Of a DNA stretch of 20,661 nucleotides, positions 1-7,883 are shown piece by piece. This DNA is from an uncultured Acidobacteriota bacterium (GTDB lineage Bacteria; Acidobacteriota; Vicinamibacteria; Vicinamibacterales; UBA8438). The notes beneath the pieces were generated by a model, which made no database searches, was not told the DNA's origin, and saw nothing but the letters and a program-made list of their open reading frames with translations. Numbering within the stretch: the stretch's first letter is position 1; each line of letters opens with the position of its first letter. Both the position numbers and the translations under genes were made by a program. The stretch lies in contig CAJWLU010000039.1 in assembly GCA_913043225.1 (NCBI GenBank), forward strand, positions 1 through 20,661. Reading direction: 5' to 3'.

Positions 1-290
1 TGCGTTCTCACCGCGCGGAATGCGGCAGTCCTCCGTGCAGACGGCTTGCCCCGAGCGCTCGTCACCTTGTGTGACGTTGCCGCTCGCCGGCGACCTGACA
101 TGGCCAGCCTGCCGGTCGCCGGGGCATCGCCGACCCGGGCCTTTGGGCCGGGGAAAGATGCAGGGCAAGATAAAAGGTTGCGGCACCAAGGTGCGCGAAA
201 ATCCGGTCTGCACGTGGGGTGGGTGCGGCACGCACCGGGGGCCGGTAGCGTGCTGTGAAAGGCGGCAATGCCGAGTCCGCACGGGGCTAG

Positions 291-306
291 CGGCGTGTCA
301 CTTGCG
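291..306 (+). promoter_or_regulatory. Putative sigma-54 (-24/-12) promoter
   Basis: CGGCGTGTCACTTGCG has GG (292-293), exactly 10 nt, then GC (304-305) within TTGC. It lies just upstream of a GGAGG RBS and the ATG at 340. Confidence 0.4.
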
Positions 307-339
307 CTCCAAATTGCTGGACCTCGCTGGAGGTTCCTC

Positions 340-489
340 ATGAGCCGGCGCCGCAGCGACGAGGGCGAGCATGCCCCGGGCGATGTGTTGTGGATTCCGG
401 GATCCAGCCGCTAGGGTTCCCGGCAAGAGCGTAGCGACATGCGCCGGTTTGCGGCGCGCCGGACAGGCGAACACGGGAGGGCCACGTGA
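340..489 (+). pseudogene. Short ORF or gene remnant (24 aa to TAG at 412-414; same frame continues to TGA at 487-489)
   Basis: GGAGG-N6-ATG start; [48 protein letters not shown]. The final TGA overlaps the egtB GTG (GTGA). Confidence 0.3.
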
Positions 490-701
490 CGCTGACAAGA
501 GAACGCCTCGCGGACGCCTTTGCCTCCGTCCGCACGGAAACCGAGCGGCGCGCTGCACCGCTCAGCGACGCCGATGCCACGCCGCAGTCGATGGAAGATG
601 CGAGCCCGGCCAAATGGCATCTGGCGCATACGAGCTGGTTCTTCGAAACCTTCGTCCTGAGTGAATATGTCGATGGCCATACCTGCTTCGACGCCGACTT
701 C
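486..701 (+). pseudogene. egtB: 5' fragment (about 72 aa) of ergothioneine sulfoxide synthase EgtB family protein, truncated
   Basis: GGGAGG RBS then [37 protein letters not shown]...FDADF matches the EgtB N-terminal DinB-like signature. Similarity stops before the expected LFNSYY. Confidence 0.85.
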
Positions 702-796
702 GTGCTCTTCTTAGCGCTCTTGCTCGTTCTAGCGGCCGCCTTTGAAGTCTTGCTGCGTGCAGCGGACTTGCTTGCTGCACGTCGCTGTTTGGCCAT
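683..796 (-). pseudogene. 5' fragment of a gene with a Lys/Ser/Ala-rich basic N-terminus, truncated at the junction with egtB
   Basis: AAGGAGA RBS (807-801) then ATG at 796; [38 protein letters not shown]. Beyond about 683 the frame is simply the antisense of egtB. Confidence 0.65.
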
Positions 797-840
797 GTGG
801 TCTCCTTGTCGCTGGTGGAGAGCTTACGAGTCGAGCCGGA

Positions 841-870
841 ACCTTAGCAAACGGTGCAACCAGTGGTCAA
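841..870 (-). promoter_or_regulatory. Putative sigma-70 promoter for the gene starting at 796
   Basis: Minus strand reads TTGACC-18 nt-TAAGGT with a TGn extended -10. Confidence 0.45.
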
Positions 871-944
871 GGACGCCACACTGCAGAGCCCGCGAGGTCT
901 GGCGGCAGCGCCCACGATTGATTGTTTTAGGTCTAACAACCTTA

Positions 945-1778
945 TTATTTGGTTGATTCAACAATAGCGTAGAGCTCTCGGCGCGGCACACCGTATTTCT
1001 GGGCCAGCTCCTTTAATGCCAGTCGTCGCGAACCGTGGGTATCGGCCAGGACGAGCATCTCAGCGGCCAGTTCGACGGCCGTCGGCAGTCTCGGTGGCGG
1101 CTCTACGGGTCGATCCGCGGGCCACACAACGCACGTGTACTCCCCACGGGGTCGAGCAAGCCCCTCGAGGACACTTAAAATAGGTCTAATAACCAATTCT
1201 TCGTGGAGTTTCGTAAGTTCACGACAAAGCGCGATGCGGCGCTCTGGGATGACGTCGCTTAGCAGGCGCAGCGTCGTATCGAGCCGGTGCGGCGCTTCGA
1301 AGAACACCGTGGTGTCGGCAGCGTCGATAAGCGACCGGCACCAAGACCGGCGTGCGCTGAGCTTCCGTGGGGGGAACCCGACAAAGCGAAAACTGTCAGT
1401 CGGGGCGCCCGACGCAATCAGCGCCGCGATCGGCGCCGACGCTCCCGGCACCGGCACGACTGCGACGCCGGCGTCCTGGGCCGCTTGCACCAGCTCGAGG
1501 CCGGGATCGGACACCAGGGGCGTGCCGGCATCAGAGACCAACGCGACCGAGTCGCCGTCGAGAAGCCTTGCGAGCAACGCTAGGGTCTTTCGGCGTTCGT
1601 TGTGCGCGTGCAGGCTTGTCGTTCGCGTGCTGATGCCGTGGTGGCGAAGGAGAATCGAGGTGCGCCGGGTATCCTCGGCGGCGATCAGGTCCACTTCGCC
1701 CAACAGGCGGAGGGCGCGCAAGGTGATATCTTCGAGATTCCCGATCGGGGTGGCGACCAGATAGAGGGTGCCGGCCAT
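945..1778 (-). CDS. rsmI: 16S rRNA (cytidine1402-2'-O)-methyltransferase
   Basis: [57 protein letters not shown] motifs. Confidence 0.97.
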   Translation of the reverse strand: MAGTLYLVATPIGNLEDITLRALRLLGEVDLIAAEDTRRTSILLRHHGISTRTTSLHAHNERRKTLALLARLLDGDSVALVSDAGTPLVSDPGLELVQAAQDAGVAVVPVPGASAPIAALIASGAPTDSFRFVGFPPRKLSARRSWCRSLIDAADTTVFFEAPHRLDTTLRLLSDVIPERRIALCRELTKLHEELVIRPILSVLEGLARPRGEYTCVVWPADRPVEPPPRLPTAVELAAEMLVLADTHGSRRLALKELAQKYGVPRRELYAIVESTK

Positions 1779-1963
1779 CGCTGGGAAGGGCTCGGCGGCG
1801 GCTGGACCGAACACCAGAACACGCGTCGAGGGCAGGCTATTGTAACATTCAGACAGTCACGCCCGGATCGGGCCCCGACCGTTTTAGGGCGCCGGTAACG
1901 CTTGGCCACCCTCCGGCCGTAGTCGGTCGGATCACTCGCAGCGTTCGCGCCGCACCGACTCGC

Positions 1964-3625
1964 ATGAGCACATCGGAACCGCTTTCCCACTTCGCCCACG
2001 AGTATCTCGACTATCTGCATGAGCAATCGCCCACAGCTGCCGCGGCTGACGGAGTTCATTCGCACGATGACCGGGTCGAAGACCTAAGCCGGCCTGCCAT
2101 CGACAATGAGACCCGCGAGCTCGGTGGCTTTGCTCGACGGCTCGACCGGATCTCCACCCGAACCCTGACGGCCGAGGAGCAACTCGAGCGTCGGATGCTC
2201 GCCGACCACATCCGTGGTCGGCTGTTTGAATTCGAGGAGGTCCGACCCTGGGAACGCGACCCGCAGCACTACGCCGAGCTGCTGGCGACGACGCTCGCCG
2301 GACAGACGCTGTTCGATTATGCCCCGGTCGAGGAGCGTGCCCGCCGCGTGGTCTCGAAACTACGACAGACGCCGAAACTGATCGAAGCCGCGCAGGCGAA
2401 CGTCGAGGACCCGCCTGGCATCTTCATCAAGACCGGGGCCGAGACGTTTGAGGGAGTGATCACCTTCGTCGAACGGGATCTGCCACGGGCGTTCCGCGCC
2501 CTCGAGGATCTCCATCTGCTCGGTGACCTGGCCGACGCTGCCACCGAGGCCAGCGACGCCATCCGCGGGTACGTCACCTACCTTCGGGACACGCTTGCCC
2601 CGCGGAGCCGTGCGACGTTTCGCCTGGGCCGTGAGCGCTTCGAGGGTCGCCTCCGCTACCAGGACGGCATCAGCCTCGATGCCGACCTTTTGCTTGTCAC
2701 CGCCAAGCGAGAGCTGGAACGGTTGCAGGGGCGGTTCCAGGAAGTGGCTGCGAGCATTGACGCCAAGGCCGATCCGTCAGAGGTCTGGGACAAGGTGAAG
2801 AGCCGCCATCCCGAACCAGGGCAACTGGTCGAGACCGTCCGCGGGCAACTCGGTGACCTCCGCCAGTTCATCGAACGGAACAACCTTGTTACCCTGCCGG
2901 AGGAGGATCAGGTCATCGTGGCGCCGACGCCGGAGTTCTACCGCTGGACGTTTGCCAGCGTTTGGACTCCTGGCCCGTTCGAGCCACGAGCGATGCCCTC
3001 TTACTACTACGTGACGGACGTCGATCCGTCTTGGCCGGCCGACCGGGCCAAGGAGCATCTCCGGGGCCTGAACCACGCGTCCCTCTGGTCCGTGTCGGTG
3101 CACGAAGCGTATCCGGGGCATTTCCTCCACTTTCGCCATCAGCGTCAGATCGAACGGTCGCTCCGCAAGTCGCTCCTTTTCGCCCCGGTGTCGTTCATAG
3201 AGGGCTGGGCGCATTACAGCGAGCAGATGATGGTGGAGGCCGGCTTCGGTCGCGACGATAGCGCCATCGAGCTGGGACAAATTGCCGAGTCACTCTTGCG
3301 GGTCGCTCGCATGGTGGTCGGTATCCGCCTGCATGCCGAGGACATGTCGGTGGAGCAAGGCGTCCGCTTTTTCCGGGAAGAGGCGTATCTCGAGGAAGGT
3401 AGCGCCAGGCGCGAAGCCGAGCGGGGCACTTTCGACCCGGCCTACGTGCTGTATGCCACCGGTCGCTTGATGCTGCTCAAGCTTCGCGACGACATGCAGG
3501 CGCGGGAGAGCTCGGGGTTCTCGCTGAAGTCGTTCCACGACCGGCTGCTCGGGCAGGGGTCGCTGCCGCTGTGGCTCCACCGTACGCTCATGCTGGGCGA
3601 TACGGGCGACGAGCTGCTGGATTGA
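1964..3625 (+). CDS. DUF885 family protein (putative metallopeptidase-like)
   Basis: 553 aa; HEAYPGH and EGWAHYSE motifs and a C-terminal FSLKSFHDRLL typical of DUF885. No signal peptide seen. Confidence 0.88.
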   Translation: MSTSEPLSHFAHEYLDYLHEQSPTAAAADGVHSHDDRVEDLSRPAIDNETRELGGFARRLDRISTRTLTAEEQLERRMLADHIRGRLFEFEEVRPWERDPQHYAELLATTLAGQTLFDYAPVEERARRVVSKLRQTPKLIEAAQANVEDPPGIFIKTGAETFEGVITFVERDLPRAFRALEDLHLLGDLADAATEASDAIRGYVTYLRDTLAPRSRATFRLGRERFEGRLRYQDGISLDADLLLVTAKRELERLQGRFQEVAASIDAKADPSEVWDKVKSRHPEPGQLVETVRGQLGDLRQFIERNNLVTLPEEDQVIVAPTPEFYRWTFASVWTPGPFEPRAMPSYYYVTDVDPSWPADRAKEHLRGLNHASLWSVSVHEAYPGHFLHFRHQRQIERSLRKSLLFAPVSFIEGWAHYSEQMMVEAGFGRDDSAIELGQIAESLLRVARMVVGIRLHAEDMSVEQGVRFFREEAYLEEGSARREAERGTFDPAYVLYATGRLMLLKLRDDMQARESSGFSLKSFHDRLLGQGSLPLWLHRTLMLGDTGDELLD

Positions 3626-3674
3626 CGCTCCGCAGCCGACCCGCTAGCATCAGGGATTGGCTGGGACGATACCG

Positions 3675-4004
3675 ATGCCACTGTACGAATACCAGTGCGA
3701 CGCGTGCGGTCACCGCTTCGAGCAGATCCGGAAGTTTTCGGATTCTCCCCTCGAGGCTTGCCCGTCGTGCGGTGGCGTGGTGCGGAAGCTTGTCTCGTCT
3801 CCCGCCATCCAGTTCAAGGGCACCGGCTGGTATGTGACCGACTACGCGAAGAAGGGCACCTCGGGTACGGAAGCGTCCGATGCTGGGAAGTCGACCGACG
3901 GGTCGACTTCCGATTCCTCTGGCAGCTCCTCTGACTCGAGCTCCTCGTCGAAGACCGAGAGCTCCGCCTCCAAGAAGACCGAAACCGCCTCCGCCAAGAC
4001 CTAG
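3675..4004 (+). CDS. FmdB-family zinc-ribbon protein with Ser-rich tail
   Basis: MPLYEYQCDACGHRFE...CPSCGG...FKGTGWYVTDY followed by a low-complexity S/T/K tail. Confidence 0.92.
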   Translation: MPLYEYQCDACGHRFEQIRKFSDSPLEACPSCGGVVRKLVSSPAIQFKGTGWYVTDYAKKGTSGTEASDAGKSTDGSTSDSSGSSSDSSSSSKTESSASKKTETASAKT

Positions 4005-4017
4005 GCGCGGCCGCCTC

Positions 4018-4899
4018 CTAGCGGTTTGAGACCATGCTCCGGATTAGGTCCGTCGCATCGTCCCCGATCTCGGGGTGCTTCTGCGCGAAGTAGAGGATGG
4101 CTTGCAGGTAGCCGAGCTTGTTGCCGGCGTCCTGGCGGATCCCGCTCAGCTCGACGGCGTGGATCGGCCGCTCCTCGAGGAGCCGCCGCAGCCCGTCGGT
4201 CAGTTGGATTTCGCCACCCGACCCTTCGCCGGTCTTGGCCAGTGCCGTGTAGACGTCCGGCGTCAGCAGATACCGACCGATGATGGCCAGGTCCGAGGGT
4301 GCCGCGTCGGGCGGCGGCTTTTCGACGAGGTCTTCGACCCGATAGAGGCCGTCCCGGATCGGGGTCCCTGCGATCACGCCATACCGCCCGACGGCCTGGT
4401 GTGGGACCCGTTCGACCAGCAAGACGGGTCCGCCCACCTCCTGGTAGACCGCCAGCATCTGCTCGAGCGCGTTTGGCGCGGCGTCGATGACGTCGTCACT
4501 CAGGATCACGGCGAAGGGCTCGTTGTCGACCAGCTCGCGGCTGACCAGCACGGCATGCCCGAGGCCCAGTGGCTCGTCCTGGAAGACCGTCGACAGCTCG
4601 ATTTGTTGAACCGCCTCTCGCAGTCCGTCGAGCAGCGTGGTCTTGCCGCGGCGCTCCAGCGCCTCCTCCAAGACAGGATGACGATCGAGGTGCTCCTCGA
4701 CCATCGTCTTGCCTGGGCTGCACACAAGGATGACGTCCCGGAGCCCCGCCGCGAGTGCCTCCTCCACGCCGTACTGGATAATCGGTTTGTCCACGATCGG
4801 CAGCAGTTCCTTCGGAAGCACTGTCGTCGCGGGCAGGATGCGGGTTCCAAGACCCGCGGCAGGGAAGACGACCTTTCGGATCGGTGGCGGAGTCGACAT
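4018..4899 (-). CDS. galU: UTP--glucose-1-phosphate uridylyltransferase
   Basis: KVVFPAAGLGTRILPAT..PKELLPIVDKP, QDEPLGLGHAV, LVEKP, GGEIQLTD. Start placed at ATG 4899. Confidence 0.93.
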   Translation of the reverse strand: MSTPPPIRKVVFPAAGLGTRILPATTVLPKELLPIVDKPIIQYGVEEALAAGLRDVILVCSPGKTMVEEHLDRHPVLEEALERRGKTTLLDGLREAVQQIELSTVFQDEPLGLGHAVLVSRELVDNEPFAVILSDDVIDAAPNALEQMLAVYQEVGGPVLLVERVPHQAVGRYGVIAGTPIRDGLYRVEDLVEKPPPDAAPSDLAIIGRYLLTPDVYTALAKTGEGSGGEIQLTDGLRRLLEERPIHAVELSGIRQDAGNKLGYLQAILYFAQKHPEIGDDATDLIRSMVSNR

Positions 4900-4974
4900 C
4901 GGGGCGCATGTTACTGCACCAGCTGAGCGATGGCCCCCGGGGTAAGGAGCCGGACCCGAGGGTAGAATGAGCCC

Positions 4975-6264
4975 ATGCTCGATCCGGCGCTGTTTCGTGA
5001 CAACGACTCCGACGTGGAGACACGTCTGAGTCACCGCGGGGATGGTCTCGTCGAACGCCTGCAGGAGGTCCGCCGGTTGGACGCCGAGCGTCGTGCGATT
5101 ATTCCGCGGCTTGAAGAAGCGCGTCACGCCAAGAAGGCGCTCGGTGCCCAGATTGGCAAGGCGAAGCATGAGGGGCAGCCCGCCGACAAGCTTTTGGCGC
5201 AGGGCCAGCAGTTCTCAGAGACGATCGCCACCGAGGAAGCGCGGCTCGAAGAGGTGGAACGAGACCGGATGGCCGTGCTCCTGACCCTCCCGAACCTGGC
5301 GCACGAGACCGTGCCGGTCGGAACCAGCGCCGCGGAGAACGTCGAGGTCCGGCGCCACGGCGAACCCCCCGCGTTCGAGTTCACCCCCCAGGCGCACTGG
5401 GATCTGGGTCCGGCACTCGGCATTATAGATTTCGAGCGCGGCGCCAAGCTCGCGCGGGCCCGCTTCACGGTGCTTACCGGAGCTGGAGCACGGCTGGAAC
5501 GTGCGCTAATCAACTTCATGCTCGAACTGCACACCACCGAGCACGGTTATACGGAAGTGGCGCCGCCGCTGCTGGCGAACAGCGCGTCGTTGACCGGCAC
5601 CGGCCAGCTCCCGAAGTTCGAGGAGGATCTCTTTAAGGTGGGCGAGGAGTGGGACCTGTACCTGATCCCTACCTCGGAGGTCCCGCTCGCGAACCTCCAT
5701 CGCGACGAGATCCTGGACGGTCGCGATCTTCCCGTCCGCTACACCGCCTTCACGCCCTGTTTCCGGAGTGAGGCTGGATCCTATGGGGCCGACGTCCGCG
5801 GGTTGATCCGTCAGCACCAGTTCAACAAGGTGGAGCTGGTGGCGTTGACGAAGCCCGAAGACTCCCACGACGAGCTCGAGCGGCTCACCGGGAACGCGGA
5901 GACGGTCTTGGAGCGCCTCGGGTTGCCCTATCGGACCGTGGTGCTCTCGACCGGCGACATGGGGTTCGCCGCGTCCAAGACTTACGATCTGGAGGTGTGG
6001 CTACCCGGGCAGCAGAAGTACCGAGAGATTTCCTCCTGTAGCAACACCGAGGCGTTCCAGGCCCGCCGCGCCGCGATTCGCTACAAGCCAAACGGCAAAG
6101 GGAAGGCGGAACACGTCCACACACTGAACGGATCCGCGCTGGCCGTGGGTCGCACTCTGATCGCGATCCTCGAGAACTACCAGCAGGTAGACGGTAGCGT
6201 TGTGATCCCCGAGGTGCTCCGCTCGTTCCTCGGCGGCCAGGAGGTCATCGAGCCCACATCGTAA
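4975..6264 (+). CDS. serS: Serine--tRNA ligase
   Basis: N-terminal coiled coil; [55 protein letters not shown]. Confidence 0.98.
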   Translation: MLDPALFRDNDSDVETRLSHRGDGLVERLQEVRRLDAERRAIIPRLEEARHAKKALGAQIGKAKHEGQPADKLLAQGQQFSETIATEEARLEEVERDRMAVLLTLPNLAHETVPVGTSAAENVEVRRHGEPPAFEFTPQAHWDLGPALGIIDFERGAKLARARFTVLTGAGARLERALINFMLELHTTEHGYTEVAPPLLANSASLTGTGQLPKFEEDLFKVGEEWDLYLIPTSEVPLANLHRDEILDGRDLPVRYTAFTPCFRSEAGSYGADVRGLIRQHQFNKVELVALTKPEDSHDELERLTGNAETVLERLGLPYRTVVLSTGDMGFAASKTYDLEVWLPGQQKYREISSCSNTEAFQARRAAIRYKPNGKGKAEHVHTLNGSALAVGRTLIAILENYQQVDGSVVIPEVLRSFLGGQEVIEPTS

Positions 6265-6275
6265 CGCACGTCCGC

Positions 6276-6365
6276 GGAGGGATGGCCGAGTGGTTGAAGG
6301 CGGCGGTCTTGAAAACCGTTGAGCGGGAAACCGTTCCGGGGGTTCGAATCCCTCTCCCTCCGCCA
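6276..6365 (+). tRNA. tRNA-Ser (anticodon TGA)
   Basis: GGAGGGA/TCCCTCC acceptor stem, encoded GCCA end, anticodon loop CT-TGA-AA (anticodon 6310-6312), long variable arm, GGTTCGAATCC T-arm; 90 nt. Confidence 0.97.
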
Positions 6366-6371
6366 ATCCAA

Positions 6372-6702
6372 CTACGGGAGTGCGAGCGCGACCATGCCGA
6401 GTGCCGGGCTCGTCACCCCCTCGTAGACCTCGACGTCATCGGGGGCTGCCAGGAAGGCACTCTCGGTCACCGCGAAAGCGCTTCTGGCGTCGCCGAAAAT
6501 CCGTCGGGCGCTGAGCGCAGCCTCGCAACCTCCGCCTCGGTCAGCACGGCCCGGCCAGCGAGGACTTCGGGGCGTTCAAGCGGGGTCGCGTCCAGGCTCC
6601 GTTCCCCGCATCCCCCGTGGCCGACTGCGCCTCCGCCAGCCCAGGCGTCACGGACCCCACGGCCATCGCCGCGAACAGCGAGGCGAACCGACGAACGCCC
6701 AC
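6372..6702 (-). pseudogene. Frameshifted, truncated relative of the adjacent secreted protein (6799-7779)
   Basis: GGAGG RBS then GTG at 6702 and signal peptide MGVRRFASLFAAMAVGSVTPGLAEAQ. A second frame gives ATPLERPEVLAGRAVLTEAEVARL (compare LTPLQRPESLGTQEFLTAEEAA in the neighbour). A third frame gives ARRIFGDARSAFAVTESAFLAAPDDVEVYE to TAG at 6374-6372. Confidence 0.7.
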
Positions 6703-6721
6703 GGTCGTCCTCCCCAGAAGA

Positions 6722-6770
6722 TGAACGGGCGGCGCACGCGGGGAAGCACCCCGCCCGCGCCGCCCGTTCA
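6722..6770 (-). terminator. Long GC-rich hairpin, probable terminator or REP-like element
   Basis: TGAACGGGCGGCGC-AC-GCGGGG-AAGCA-CCCCGC-CC-GCGCCGCCCGTTCA: perfect 14-bp outer and 6-bp inner stems, 28 nt after the stop at 6799. Followed by TCTTCT on the minus strand. Confidence 0.6.
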
Positions 6771-6798
6771 AGAGCGCCGAGTCTAGGTTACCGAGAAC

Positions 6799-7779
6799 CT
6801 ACTGACCGGCTTCCTGTGCCTCGAGGGCGCGCGCCCCACCAAGCATCTGCGGCATCGAGTAGTTGCCCTCGTGGCACGCATACTCGAACATCGGCAGGTC
6901 ATTCAGCTTCATTTCGTGCTGCACGGTCCACGAAGCTTCCCAGGTGGCCGGATCGGTCACGGTGAACTCATAAACCAGCGTGTCAGCGTCGAGACGCGTG
7001 AAGCGCTCCACGAGCTTCATGTCCTTGCTGGAGCCGCGCCAAGTGCTGTACGCCTCATGATCCAGGAAGTTCTCGCTCTCCACCACCAGGGTGTCGCCGT
7101 CCCAGTAGCCACGCGAATCTCCCGACCATTGCCGCACGGAGTCATCCAGTCCGGGTTGGTCATTGATCGGAATCACCCGGACCGTGTGCACCATTTCGGT
7201 CATCAGCGCGACGTGATCGGGCGTCTGGAAGACCTGCACGTTCTGGTTGTAGCCACCCGGCGTAATGGGCGGGCCCGCATTGAACCCTGTGATGCAGCGG
7301 TCAGCGTTGCTCAGGTCCGTGTAGGACTCGGGCACGTCGACGTTGAACGAACCAACCCTGCTGGACCGTTCCCGACCTTCGTCAGTGACCTGCGGAATCC
7401 GCCCGTCAGGGGGATCGGTAATCAGCGACGTACGGCGACTGTCGACCGTCGTCGTGCCGCGGTCCATCCAGAAGTTGTTGTAGGCGCCCAGATTCCCACC
7501 CGCTTCGGTCCGCCGGGCCGGAGCGAGCAGGAGCTCCTGGTTACGATCCACGGCCGCCTGCTCCTGATTCGCTGCCTCTTCCGCGGTCAGGAACTCCTGA
7601 GTGCCAAGCGACTCAGGCCTCTGCAGTGGCGTCAGCGTCCGAAAATCCCAGACGCCCTGCAAGTCTGGCGCGCCCCACGCGGTCTGCGGCGGCTCCTGGG
7701 CCGTCATCAGCCCCGGTATCGCCACGAGTCCAACTCCCACCAAGATCAACGTCCGGGCTACGCAACGGTAACCGGTCAT
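6799..7779 (-). CDS. Secreted hypothetical protein (PDLQGVW...YACHEGN family)
   Basis: GGAGG RBS; signal peptide; motifs PDLQGVW, RTSLITDPPDGRIP, GDSRGYWDGDTLVVE, ERFTR, EYACHEGNY; 326 aa with coding-like composition. Confidence 0.85.
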   Translation of the reverse strand: MTGYRCVARTLILVGVGLVAIPGLMTAQEPPQTAWGAPDLQGVWDFRTLTPLQRPESLGTQEFLTAEEAANQEQAAVDRNQELLLAPARRTEAGGNLGAYNNFWMDRGTTTVDSRRTSLITDPPDGRIPQVTDEGRERSSRVGSFNVDVPESYTDLSNADRCITGFNAGPPITPGGYNQNVQVFQTPDHVALMTEMVHTVRVIPINDQPGLDDSVRQWSGDSRGYWDGDTLVVESENFLDHEAYSTWRGSSKDMKLVERFTRLDADTLVYEFTVTDPATWEASWTVQHEMKLNDLPMFEYACHEGNYSMPQMLGGARALEAQEAGQ

Positions 7780-7883
7780 ATCGAAACCTCCCGAGTTAAA
7801 GCGCTTACGGATTCCCCGCTAGGATAGCACCCAATGCACCAGCGGCGGAATGCAATGAGGGCCCGGCGGCTCGGCGCGGACCG

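Noticed and set aside
1..290. ORFs at the left edge, including a minus-strand frame starting at ATG 101 and running off the window
   Set aside because: No recognisable motifs or RBS; cannot be supported from this window.
486..956. 156-aa ORF as an EgtB-membrane anchor fusion
   Set aside because: The hydrophobic [14 protein letters not shown] tail is the antisense reading of the Lys/Ser/Ala-rich gene start, not an evolved domain.
3880..4004. Ser-rich repeat-like tail as a tandem repeat or array
   Set aside because: Low-complexity coding tail common in FmdB-family proteins; no regular repeat unit or CRISPR spacing.
4810..4870. galU PATTVLPKE instead of PATK..PKE as an inactive GalF-like variant
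   Set aside because: The key GTR Arg and PKE Lys are retained, so a normal enzyme is more likely.
6276..6365. tRNA-Sec or recoding tRNA
   Set aside because: The anticodon is TGA (reads UCA, Ser), not TCA, and the acceptor stem is a normal 7 bp.
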